Of a stretch of 64,000 bases of DNA, positions 1-8,091 are shown piece by piece; the first letter of the stretch is position 1, and the number at the start of each line of letters is the position of its first letter. Source of the DNA: a virus. Lineage: Duplodnaviria > Caudoviricetes. The position numbers and the translations under genes were made by a program. A model generated the notes under the pieces. That model saw only the letters and a list, made by a program, of their open reading frames with translations, had not been told where the DNA came from and did not search any database. The stretch is from IMG/VR virus record IMGVR_UViG_3300032227_000993; one strand, given 5' to 3'.

Positions 1-1001
1 TTGTTAAGTGTGAATAAGCCTTGGAATTGTGTTACAATATTGCCTGTGGTTGTTTGCGGACCAACGCCGTCGGCTACCAAACCGTAGTTACCAATACTAC
101 AGTCTGAACCGTTAAGTGTACAGAAGCCGCCGGATTCTACTTGAATGCCAATATCGCAAGCAATAGTGTAAATGTTAACCAATTGACTATAGCCTGAATT
201 TACAATGTGTATGCCGTAGCCGTTTTTGTTAATAATTGTAAAGAATCCCACAATCATAGCTTTGGTACTGATTGCGCTGGTAGCATTGCCATCAATGTAA
301 ACTGCGGTTCCAGTTGTAGTGTTAGAAGTTAAATTCTGTATGTACGGACTTACAAATACGTTTTGTGTCGGTGTTGTTGGATCATAACTAAATCCGTTGG
401 CAAGATAATCTCTAATGGTGATGCCCCAAACATATGAACCGTTTCGTACATAAAATAAATCATCTGCTGGTGTAGCTGGAATCACAAAAACACTACGTAA
501 ATTGTCGCCCATTAAACTTACATTAGATGGAATAGTGATTGGGTTAGCTTCTGTATACGTGCCAGGCGCCACATGAACTGAGGTGCCGGCTGTGGCTACA
601 GCCAACGCTGCTTTAATTGTCAAGTACGGTGCGGTAATTGATCCGTTGTTGCTGTCGTTGCCGTTGGTGGCCACATAGATAATTTTGGCACTGGTTGAGA
701 TATTGGCTGTGTTACCAATGTTGCCGTAAAAGTTTTGTGCGGTCACGTTGCCAATTACATCAACGTCAGTATTGATGGAAATGTTTCCGTTGGCTGTGTG
801 TGGTTGAATAGTGTCAACCGCAATATTGCCCACAATATCTAAAGCAAACGCAGGTGAAGAATTGTTAATACCAACATAACTATTGGCAATATCTAAATAC
901 AATAACGGAGTAGTGTTAGCGGTATTGCTAAATGCCAAGCTGTTGCCGTCTCTTGCGAGAGTGCTTTGTAACATTTGTCCGGCTATTTTACTGATTGACA
1001 T
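1..1001 (-). CDS. Tail fibre/tailspike-like protein with pectin-lyase-type beta-helix (partial; runs off the left edge)
   Basis: Hand translation from ATG at 1001: MSISKIAGQMLQSTLARDG...IYVATNGNDSNNGSITAPYLTIKAALAVATAGTSVHVAPGTYTEANPITIPSNVSLMGDNLRSV. No stop before position 1. The YV-x-NG-D-N-G and V-V-PGTY motifs are typical of phage beta-helix fibre proteins. Confidence 0.7.
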   Translation of the reverse strand, partial: MSISKIAGQMLQSTLARDGNSLAFSNTANTTPLLYLDIANSYVGINNSSPAFALDIVGNIAVDTIQPHTANGNISINTDVDVIGNVTAQNFYGNIGNTANISTSAKIIYVATNGNDSNNGSITAPYLTIKAALAVATAGTSVHVAPGTYTEANPITIPSNVSLMGDNLRSVFVIPATPADDLFYVRNGSYVWGITIRDYLANGFSYDPTTPTQNVFVSPYIQNLTSNTTTGTAVYIDGNATSAISTKAMIVGFFTIINKNGYGIHIVNSGYSQLVNIYTIACDIGIQVESGGFCTLNGSDCSIGNYGLVADGVGPQTTTGNIVTQFQGLFTLN

Positions 1002-1025
1002 TTATTTTCCTGTTAAAATATTTAA

Positions 1026-1415
1026 TTAAACTGTATGTATCACGTTAATTGGTACACCAGAAGGTGGAGCACTTGTAAATGTAATATCAAATCCACCATT
1101 GACGGTGTAGGCCACTGTGGCCTGTTGATATATTGATCCAACAAAGACCATGAGTTGTGTTGCCACAGACTCCGCAATAGTCATTGTAAATATAGTTGTG
1201 GTACCGTCGCCGGTAAAATTATCAATTATGTATTGTTGAGTAGCATTCAAGCTGATGTATTCTACTCCATTAAAATATTCTATAAGACCTGTGTCAGTGT
1301 TGTATCTAATCAATCCAAACACAGGATTATTTGGTCGCGTGGCCGTAGAACCAGTGGGTAGTACTGTACCTGTACTGCCTGACAACAAACGACGATTTTT
1401 GTATAGATTTGCCAT
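1026..1415 (-). CDS. Small virion structural protein (fibre/baseplate-type beta-sandwich)
   Basis: ORF track 1026..1472; likely start MANLYK at 1415, overlapping the upstream stop. Contains P-G-T--RP...GLIRYNTD and GDGTTTIF...VFVG-IYQ...TFTSAPPSG motifs. Confidence 0.6.
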   Translation of the reverse strand: MANLYKNRRLLSGSTGTVLPTGSTATRPNNPVFGLIRYNTDTGLIEYFNGVEYISLNATQQYIIDNFTGDGTTTIFTMTIAESVATQLMVFVGSIYQQATVAYTVNGGFDITFTSAPPSGVPINVIHTV

Positions 1416-1726
1416 TAGAGAGCGGTGTAGGAGGTAATGGCGGTCACTGTGTTTGCTGATGCGTTGGCGCAAATAGTATCGCCGGGACCCAACAATAGTT
1501 TTTCAGAAAACATATACATTTGTGCTGTTTCTGACAAAGGAATAGCAATGTTTGACAGCGCAATGTTGGTGGTGTCTGGAGACTGTCCGCTGGGTACAAC
1601 ATACAGGTTGGCGTAAACATTTCCTGCTCCCCAATTGCACATGGTTAATGATGTGATAGCTGTGTTACCCACGCTGTTGTAAATTACATTGGCTGTGGTT
1701 GTAAGTGAAAATGTTGCAATAGTCAT
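1415..1726 (-). CDS. Small virion structural protein
   Basis: ORF track 1415..1762; likely start MTIATF at 1726. Thr/Asn/Ala-rich beta-type composition; coupled to its neighbours. Confidence 0.55.
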   Translation of the reverse strand: MTIATFSLTTTANVIYNSVGNTAITSLTMCNWGAGNVYANLYVVPSGQSPDTTNIALSNIAIPLSETAQMYMFSEKLLLGPGDTICANASANTVTAITSYTAL

Positions 1727-1739
1727 AGTGTTCCTTGAA

Positions 1740-2336
1740 TTAAAATATAATGCCGTAAACAATGGCTTTGTAGTTGGCTACCAGCTCATCTGCTCCACCG
1801 GCATCTGCTGATTGTGCGTATAGCCCTGTTCCGCCTGCTCCCACGGTGTTGCTGTACACCACTACCGCATTGGCCACATTGGCTGGGGCTGAGTTAATTT
1901 TATCAAATATCTGTGTGCCTGTTAATCGTAACTGGCTGGTGGCTTGGTTAAAAGTAAAATTGGCTGACGCTCCAAATGCGTTGTTGTTGTTGAACTGAAT
2001 TTGTGTGTTGGCACCGTCAGGTACGCCTGTTAAGTTGGCATAGGCGGTAATTGGAAAACCGTTGGCATAAACATTTGAACTTGTTTGCCAGGCACTAACT
2101 ATTGTGTCATAACGAAATCCAGCAAAGGTAGTTGGGCCGGTCTGCATCAGCAGGCCACCGTCGGTAATTGCGCCACTATTATTGGCTGCCACAGTAAGGA
2201 ATGGCGCAATAGTGGTCGCCGGTACAGTATAAGTAACGTTGCCGTTAAACACAGTCTGTGCATTGATCGTAAAAATACCATTACCGTCGTTACAGGTCAA
2301 CGTATAGTCGGTATTGACGTTTTTGTATGATGCCAT
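1740..2336 (-). CDS. Virion structural protein
   Basis: 198-aa ORF preceded by a TAAATA late promoter (2355-2360) and an AAGGA SD; contains the fibre-type motif GANTQIQFNNNNAFGASANFTF. Confidence 0.6.
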   Translation of the reverse strand: MASYKNVNTDYTLTCNDGNGIFTINAQTVFNGNVTYTVPATTIAPFLTVAANNSGAITDGGLLMQTGPTTFAGFRYDTIVSAWQTSSNVYANGFPITAYANLTGVPDGANTQIQFNNNNAFGASANFTFNQATSQLRLTGTQIFDKINSAPANVANAVVVYSNTVGAGGTGLYAQSADAGGADELVANYKAIVYGIIF

Positions 2337-2354
2337 TGATAAGGTCCTTTTTGT

Positions 2355-2360
2355 TATTTA
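2355..2360 (-). promoter_or_regulatory. gp55-type late promoter (TAAATA)
   Basis: TAAATA 18 nt upstream of ATG 2336, just after a terminator. Confidence 0.65.
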
Positions 2361-2376
2361 TGCCAACATCAAAGGT

Positions 2377-2405
2377 AAAAAAAATCCTCCAGTTAGGAGG
2401 ATTTT
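2377..2405 (-). terminator. Intrinsic terminator
   Basis: 10-bp stem (2381-2390 with 2396-2405) followed by a U-run on the minus strand. Confidence 0.8.
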
Positions 2406-2422
2406 AGTAATCAAGTTAATGA

Positions 2423-3037
2423 TTAAGGATTGCTTGGTACTAAAGCCATTGTAATATTGCCAGTACCATTAGTAAATGTTACTGCATCTGCGCCAGATTT
2501 AGCTGTGGTTACTACCACGTTGCTGGCTGGTTGGAAGAAGTTAACAAAATACTGTACATTATCGTAGCCTAAACCGTATTTGTTGGTCAAACGCTGTAAA
2601 TTTACGTTACCCACGTTGCCTGCTCCGTCTGGAACGCTTACGTTGATGCTCATTTGGTTCACAGTTAAACTACCGTTGGCCACGTCAGCCAAGAAAGCCA
2701 CGCCTGTAACACCAGAAGTCACGCCAGTAACCAGGTACTTGCTTTGGCCTTTTTGACGCACGATTAATGCTTCTTCGTTTTGTGTGCCATCAACGTTGGC
2801 AAATGTAGAAACTACCGGGAATGTAGCACTACCGCCATTTACGTCAACAGTACTGTTGTAAGCTGTTGTTTGTAGGTTTAAAATATTACCGCCAACTACG
2901 CCGTAAAATTGTGTGCCTGTTAAACCGCCAGGTGTAACTGGATCAGTTAATGTGTTGATCTGCGGAAAGCCAGCGTCAACTGCCAAGCCAGGTGTACCTG
3001 CATAGCCTTGTTTTTGAATTTTTAGTGGACGACCCAT
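2423..3037 (-). CDS. Virion structural protein (MGRPLK-type N-terminus)
   Basis: 204-aa ORF with strong AAGGAG SD, its own late promoter and terminator, and optimal-looking codons. Confidence 0.6.
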   Translation of the reverse strand: MGRPLKIQKQGYAGTPGLAVDAGFPQINTLTDPVTPGGLTGTQFYGVVGGNILNLQTTAYNSTVDVNGGSATFPVVSTFANVDGTQNEEALIVRQKGQSKYLVTGVTSGVTGVAFLADVANGSLTVNQMSINVSVPDGAGNVGNVNLQRLTNKYGLGYDNVQYFVNFFQPASNVVVTTAKSGADAVTFTNGTGNITMALVPSNP

Positions 3038-3136
3038 GTTGTTTTCTCCTTAAAGAAGTCCGATGCTGGTTCTAGCCAGCTACGCTGTGGGTATTAATCT
3101 CAGCATAAAACGCAGGATTGCGTTGACAAGTATTTA
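3038..3136 (-). promoter_or_regulatory. Late promoter (TAAATA 3131-3136) plus structured ~90-nt 5' leader
   Basis: Three abutting hairpins (3109-3124, 3081-3107, 3065-3080) between the promoter and the SD. Confidence 0.55.
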
Positions 3137-3186
3137 GCACCCTGTTACTTTTTTAAAGTGTGCGTTTTATTAATGTAAATATGAGT

Positions 3187-4338
3187 ATGAACTACAATGA
3201 ACTTATTGCCGCGGGCAATCAACTCCGCGCAGAACACCGGCCAGAAGAAGCATTAAAATGCTATGCTACAGCCTTGATTGATTATCCTGACTACGCTGAT
3301 GCGTTTAACAACTACGGCAACGTGATCCGCGAGTGCGGTTTTCCCACACGAGGTATTCCTTTTTTACAAAATGCCTTGGCCATTGACCCAGGTCATGCCA
3401 CAGCCGCTTTTAATTTGGCTGTGTGCTATTTGTTGGCTGGTGACTATGCCAAGGGCTGGCGCCAGTATGAAACCCGCTGGAACTATGAGCATCTCAAGGG
3501 CCTGTTGCCAGCATTTAGCCAGCCTAGATGGACTGGACAAGAGTTGGCCGGTAAGACCCTGCTGGTTTTGGGCGAGCAGGGCCACGGGGATAATATCCAA
3601 TTTATACGTTTTGTAGAACAGATTGTTGGCCTGGGAGCAAAGACCATTGTTCAAGTCACCAGCACCTTGGTTCCCTTGTTTAAAGAATCTATTTTGGCGC
3701 CTACTGAAATTATCAGTCACGAGGATGCTGTGCCGGAGTTTGATTACTGGACTCCCATTATGAGTTTGCCAGGTCCCCTGGGTATCACATTGGAAAACTT
3801 GCCGCATAAAATGCAGTATCTACGTGCTAGTGCTGCCAGTGTTCAAGAGTGGTCCAAAAGATTAGGTAAAAAATTCAAATTGCGCATAGGGTTTGCTTGG
3901 TCGGGGCGCAGAGATAGCTGGATCAATCAACACAAGGCCATGCCTTTTGATGTCATGCTGGCGTTGATTAAAAGTTGCCCAGAATACGAGTGGTACAACT
4001 TACAGTTAGATTGTACCAAGGAAGAAGAAGCAGAATTGGTGTCGGCTGGAGTCAAGATTTTCCCTGGCACTATCAATAGTTTTGCTGATACTGCCGGATT
4101 GGTTAGCCACATGGACGTGGTGATTGCTGTGGACACAGCCATGGCACACTTGGCTGGCTCACTGGGGCGACCAGTCTGGATTCCTTTGAATCAGTTTGGG
4201 CAGGATTGGCGTTGGTTGTTGAATCGTGAAGATAGCCCGTGGTATGCCAGTGCTAGATTATTTCGTCAACCGGCCCGGGGCGACTGGAACTCGGTCACTG
4301 CTCGAATACAAAAATTCTTGACGTTTTTTAAAATTTAA
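3187..4338 (+). CDS. TPR-repeat + glycosyltransferase family 9 (heptosyltransferase-like) protein
   Basis: N-terminal TPRs (YADAFNNYGNVI..., HATAAFNLAVCYL), then EQGHGDNIQF, GFAWSG and DVVIAVDTAMAHLAGSLGRPVW GT-B motifs. Start refined to 3187, 5 nt after TAAATA. Confidence 0.85.
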   Translation: MNYNELIAAGNQLRAEHRPEEALKCYATALIDYPDYADAFNNYGNVIRECGFPTRGIPFLQNALAIDPGHATAAFNLAVCYLLAGDYAKGWRQYETRWNYEHLKGLLPAFSQPRWTGQELAGKTLLVLGEQGHGDNIQFIRFVEQIVGLGAKTIVQVTSTLVPLFKESILAPTEIISHEDAVPEFDYWTPIMSLPGPLGITLENLPHKMQYLRASAASVQEWSKRLGKKFKLRIGFAWSGRRDSWINQHKAMPFDVMLALIKSCPEYEWYNLQLDCTKEEEAELVSAGVKIFPGTINSFADTAGLVSHMDVVIAVDTAMAHLAGSLGRPVWIPLNQFGQDWRWLLNREDSPWYASARLFRQPARGDWNSVTARIQKFLTFFKI

Positions 4339-4343
4339 GTCAC

Positions 4344-4368
4344 AAAAAAGCACCCGGCGGTGCTTTTT
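4344..4368. terminator. Bidirectional intrinsic terminator
   Basis: AAAAAAGCACC-CGGC-GGTGCTTTTT between convergent genes. Confidence 0.85.
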
Positions 4369-4373
4369 GTTTG

Positions 4374-4694
4374 TTAGTTGCCAGTAAATGAGTATGCGGC
4401 GCCACTGGTAAATGTACCGCCTGTGATGGTAATTGTCTGTGCTCCTGGATCTGTGCTGACTACAGTAGCTCCAGGTATTTGATTTACTAGCCATCCTGGA
4501 CCAATGTCATTGTAACTTGGTTTAGGAGAATAGGGCCATCCGCCACCACCTTGGAAGAAGAATCCAACAGCGCCGTCGCCGCCGGCTACATTTTGAATTT
4601 CAATGGTGGACATACCTTGATAAATTCCGTGATTACCAAACTTAATACCGCCACCTACGCTAATGCCACCGCCGATTGTGATTGGTGCTGCCAT
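4374..4694 (-). CDS. Small putative virion protein (IGGGIxxGGGI N-terminus)
   Basis: 106-aa ORF with AGGA SD; shares its N-terminal motif with the 49-aa ORF at 9232-9381. Confidence 0.6.
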   Translation of the reverse strand: MAAPITIGGGISVGGGIKFGNHGIYQGMSTIEIQNVAGGDGAVGFFFQGGGGWPYSPKPSYNDIGPGWLVNQIPGATVVSTDPGAQTITITGGTFTSGAAYSFTGN

Positions 4695-4716
4695 GATTTA
4701 TTTTCCTTTTAAAATA

Positions 4717-5754
4717 TTATGACCAGTAAATGATCTCTTTGGTCGTTGGGTTGTATGCCATGTTAAAAAATCCTGCTGGCAAACTGCCGTTGACTATGGT
4801 ACGAATTGGTGCTACTACTAAAGTATTTGCTGTAGTGTTGTTTAAGTAAGTGCCAGTAGCGTTAAGAACAATACTATTATTTCCTTGTGCGTTAGCACCT
4901 GCTTGTGTTCCAATAGCAATAGCGTTAACACCTTGATTGTTTACTCCGGCTTCAAACCCAATAGCAATAGAAAGTTCGCCTTGTTCTACCGAAGCAGCAC
5001 TTGCGCCAATGGCAATAGCATTGGCACCTTGTGTATCATTGGCAGCGGCACGACCAACAGCAACAGCACCAACACCTTGATCAACTTGACCAGCAATGAA
5101 TCCAACAGCTACTCCGTCTTTTCCTTGAACGGAGCCGCCTGCTTGTTGACCAACCGATACAGCAGTTTCGCCTTGTTGAGCGGCTCCGGCGGCCGAACCA
5201 ATGGCAACAGCACCATCGCCCTGATCAGTGTGTGCGGCGTTTTGTCCAATGGCAATAGCAGCGTATCCTTGGTCGGTGTCGCCTACAAAGTTACCGATAG
5301 CGATTGCGCCATCTTTTTGGTCTGTTGTTCCAGCTTGTGAACCAATGGCAATGGCCAATTCCGCTTGATTTGTAACACCGGCGTTGGTACCAATAGCAAT
5401 AGTGGTATTACCTTGTGTGTTGGCACCAGCGTTGGTACCAATAGCAATAGCATTGGCGCCCTGAGCTGTGATATTGCCTGCTTCTTGGCCTAACGCGATC
5501 GTAGTAGGACCTGCAGCATTATTTTTGTCGCCTAAGGTAGCCCAGGTTGTTGCTCCGCCGCCACCGCTGATGGCAGTGAGTTGACCTAAGTTATTACCTA
5601 TGTAAAGTGCAGGAGGATCTACTACTAAATTAACCACTAACTCACCCGGTCTAGCATTGCCATCATAGTTTACAATGGTCTCTTGCGCATTGTCTTTCAT
5701 TACTGCGCGGCTAATGCCGGTAATATCTGAATATGGGGGTGGGTTGTTTGCCAT
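4717..5754 (-). CDS. Fibre-like protein with YadA/Hep_Hag-type head repeats
   Basis: Many ~14-aa repeats of type AIAIG--AG---QG. Start refined to MANNPP at 5754 (TAAATA 5778-5783, AGGA SD). Confidence 0.75.
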   Translation of the reverse strand: MANNPPPYSDITGISRAVMKDNAQETIVNYDGNARPGELVVNLVVDPPALYIGNNLGQLTAISGGGGATTWATLGDKNNAAGPTTIALGQEAGNITAQGANAIAIGTNAGANTQGNTTIAIGTNAGVTNQAELAIAIGSQAGTTDQKDGAIAIGNFVGDTDQGYAAIAIGQNAAHTDQGDGAVAIGSAAGAAQQGETAVSVGQQAGGSVQGKDGVAVGFIAGQVDQGVGAVAVGRAAANDTQGANAIAIGASAASVEQGELSIAIGFEAGVNNQGVNAIAIGTQAGANAQGNNSIVLNATGTYLNNTTANTLVVAPIRTIVNGSLPAGFFNMAYNPTTKEIIYWS

Positions 5755-5797
5755 CTGGTGTCCTGTATGTTGTATTGTATTTAGTATTTGAGCCAAC

Positions 5798-5819
5798 AAA
5801 AAAGCACCCTTGGGTGCTT
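5798..5819 (-). terminator. Intrinsic terminator
   Basis: AAGCACC-CAAG-GGTGCTT followed by a U-run. Confidence 0.8.
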
Positions 5820-5900
5820 GATTGCGTTAATATTACCGAGTTATCCGACCCACCAGCCGAACGAGTTATACTCCGAACGGTCAGGAGTTTGCTTTGTTAC
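5798..5900 (-). ncRNA. Candidate ~100-nt small RNA
   Basis: TAAATA at 5904-5909 followed by an ATG-free segment with two hairpins (5870-5888, 5843-5862) and a terminator (5798-5819). Confidence 0.45.
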
Positions 5901-5957
5901 TAGTATTTAGTGGGTACTAGACAAGCCCAATAAAAACTTTAAAAAGTCAATTGCAAT

Positions 5958-6266
5958 TCACCTAGATTTTGCAATTTCATCTTTGACTTCGTTGTATGTT
6001 CGAATTATCTGTAGAGTCGGTGTAACCAATTTATTAGTGTAAGGGGTAGACATTGTCTGCCATTCTTCTTCACTGACCGAACTAATAACCATGATTGAAT
6101 ACTCGTGTCCGTCAGCGGTGTGCAGTTTTACTGTGTCAAAACCCAAGCCAGACTGACTTGCTGTGAGTAGTGCTTTACCTAGCTCTTTTAATGCGGCTTT
6201 TTCGCCTACTATGTAGGCGGTTGTTTGCGGTTCGTCGTGCGGGTATAGATGTAATCTTGATTTCAT
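5958..6266 (-). CDS. Hypothetical protein coupled to the DnaE-like gene
   Basis: 102-aa ORF overlapping the upstream stop by 4 nt (ATGA). Confidence 0.65.
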   Translation of the reverse strand: MKSRLHLYPHDEPQTTAYIVGEKAALKELGKALLTASQSGLGFDTVKLHTADGHEYSIMVISSVSEEEWQTMSTPYTNKLVTPTLQIIRTYNEVKDEIAKSR

Positions 6267-7936
6267 TGTATATGGGCAATTTCTTTCAAAGTCAATTTTT
6301 TACTTTTATAAACTTTAACACATTCTGATCTATTTGTATAGTCCAATTTGCCCTTTCCCCATAATATTGGACTGTCGTGGAATTTGGCCGCATAAGGCAA
6401 CATGACGTCTAAATAACGACCGTTGCCTGTGCCCAGAGTCACAAAGGTCACATGATTTTTAGGGCCACTACGAAACACACGATAGTTAGCCACCAGCCCT
6501 AAAAATTCAACTTGTCCAGGTGTGCGTACTTCGGTACAGGCCGGTATGAATCGCTCACTGGACCAGCGTCCGGTAGCGGCCAGCTCAGCACATTCGCCGC
6601 CGGTGGTTATGCTGGGCACAGCGCCGGCCAGTTTGGCTTCTTGCCAGTAGACCCAGCGACTGTAACTGCCTTGACAGTGGCGCAGGCAAGCAGACCAAAA
6701 TGCCTCAGGGTTGTGTGCCTTGTGATAGGCCAAGGCCCAGATCAGTCGCCCCAGATTGGTGGCATGAGCACGGCACAGACCAAAGTGACTGAGCTCACGC
6801 AGGGCCGATAGTACAGCATCGCGCCGGGGGTGATCGCCAATCAACTGCATAAACTCATAGATTTTTTCTTCATTTTTCTTGGCAAATGCTCGGCGCCACA
6901 TATCGGCGGTGTATTGGTCACATTGCAGAATTTGGCTGATCAGCTGGATTGCGTCATCTTCAAACACTATGGTACCGTCTAGAGTGTCTTGACTGAAATC
7001 TTGAAAGGCCGACGCTTTGCGGCGTCCTTGTGTGGCCACGGGTCGTATCAGGGCCGTGGCCAAGGTACAATCGCTTTTACTAGAGACTCTAAGTGCGCGG
7101 AAAAGTCGTTTCATAGCAGGACTTTCGCCTTGTGTTACTCCTAACACATCACCGCGTGCCAATAACGCACTGGTAGCTTCGTCATATTCTGGATAATCAG
7201 CCAGTGGCCGTTGATCTATGTCCCATAGCTGGCTTAATCCACGATTGGCCAGGATGTCTATTTTGAAATGTTCAAGATCTTCTACTTCATATTTGTCTAG
7301 TAAGATCTGATTTTCGCCATTGATTAAACTTCGAGGAACAGCACGATCAAATATTATAATACCGCCGCAATGCTTTGATATACAACGTTTTTTACCTAGC
7401 AATTTATTAGTTATTCTGTTGGCTTCGGCTATTTCTTCTGGGGGTAATACTTGATCAAATTCAAATCCTCGTTTTAGTGTGCCTTTGGCACCTAATCTTT
7501 TGGCAGCCTCTCTACGAGCCGATTTTTCTTTGTACATGACATAGTTGCTGACTCTAGCACTTTGACCAGGCCAACGATGGAATATGCGATTCATTACCGT
7601 GGCCTGTTGCCAATGCGGAAAGTCTAAATCAATATCAGGCAAATCATCTCGTTTAGGATTCATGAAACGAGCCAAGGGTATGCGTTCAGCAACCGGATCT
7701 ATGTCACTAATGCCCATTAGCCAACATATCAAACTAGACCCTGCGCTACCTCTAGTGATATGTGGGATATCTCGAGTAAGATCAAGTATTTCTCTTACAC
7801 GTAAAAAATGTTTTGCAAAACCTAATTGTGCTACAAGTTCTAATTCTTCTTGTAATCTTATTTCATATTCTTCAATGTTGGGTAGGGGTCTAGTAAATTT
7901 TTTAATTAAAGTTTCAAGCGGTTCATATCTGTCCAT
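6263..7936 (-). CDS. dnaE: Compact C-family DNA polymerase (DnaE alpha-subunit-like), lacking the PHP domain
   Basis: Motifs RGSAGSSL, RF-NP-R-DLPDIDLDF (catalytic Asp pair), HCGGIII, KIDIL, GVTQ-ES, RAHA and a C-terminal OB-like segment. Only 557 aa. Confidence 0.88.
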   Translation of the reverse strand: MDRYEPLETLIKKFTRPLPNIEEYEIRLQEELELVAQLGFAKHFLRVREILDLTRDIPHITRGSAGSSLICWLMGISDIDPVAERIPLARFMNPKRDDLPDIDLDFPHWQQATVMNRIFHRWPGQSARVSNYVMYKEKSARREAAKRLGAKGTLKRGFEFDQVLPPEEIAEANRITNKLLGKKRCISKHCGGIIIFDRAVPRSLINGENQILLDKYEVEDLEHFKIDILANRGLSQLWDIDQRPLADYPEYDEATSALLARGDVLGVTQGESPAMKRLFRALRVSSKSDCTLATALIRPVATQGRRKASAFQDFSQDTLDGTIVFEDDAIQLISQILQCDQYTADMWRRAFAKKNEEKIYEFMQLIGDHPRRDAVLSALRELSHFGLCRAHATNLGRLIWALAYHKAHNPEAFWSACLRHCQGSYSRWVYWQEAKLAGAVPSITTGGECAELAATGRWSSERFIPACTEVRTPGQVEFLGLVANYRVFRSGPKNHVTFVTLGTGNGRYLDVMLPYAAKFHDSPILWGKGKLDYTNRSECVKVYKSKKLTLKEIAHIQ

Positions 7937-7984
7937 GGATGCCTTTGGTGTGATGTTTTTTTTGATGCCTTACCAAGATATTTA
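7937..7984 (-). promoter_or_regulatory. Late promoter and leader with two AAGGCATC motifs
   Basis: TAAATA at 7979-7984; AAGGCATC at 7964-7971 and 7938-7945, the latter over the ribosome-binding region. Confidence 0.55.
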
Positions 7985-8005
7985 TTGACAGATATTTTGG
8001 TCAAC

Positions 8006-8029
8006 AAAAAACCTGCCAAAGCAGGTTTT
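8006..8029 (-). terminator. Intrinsic terminator (probably the original capsid-gene terminator)
   Basis: AAAACCTGC-TTTG-GCAGGTTTTTT on the minus strand. Confidence 0.8.
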
Positions 8030-8051
8030 CTAAAACAAAGTAATTCTCTGA

Positions 8052-8078
8052 TTAAGAGAAAGACAAATTTTGAATGCC
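8052..8078 (-). pseudogene. Orphan remnant of the major capsid protein C-terminus
   Basis: GGC ATT CAA AAT TTG TCT TTC TCT TAA = GIQNLSFS*, versus AVQNLSFS* at the end of gp23 (10318-10344). Confidence 0.75.
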
Positions 8079-8091
8079 TTGCGGTGCTTGA

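Noticed and set aside
5821-5900. Hammerhead ribozyme or c-di-GMP-I riboswitch
   Set aside because: CUGA is not followed by NGA and there is no GAAA/UH core. GCAAAC is present but the GEMM partner elements are missing, and no gene follows before the terminator.
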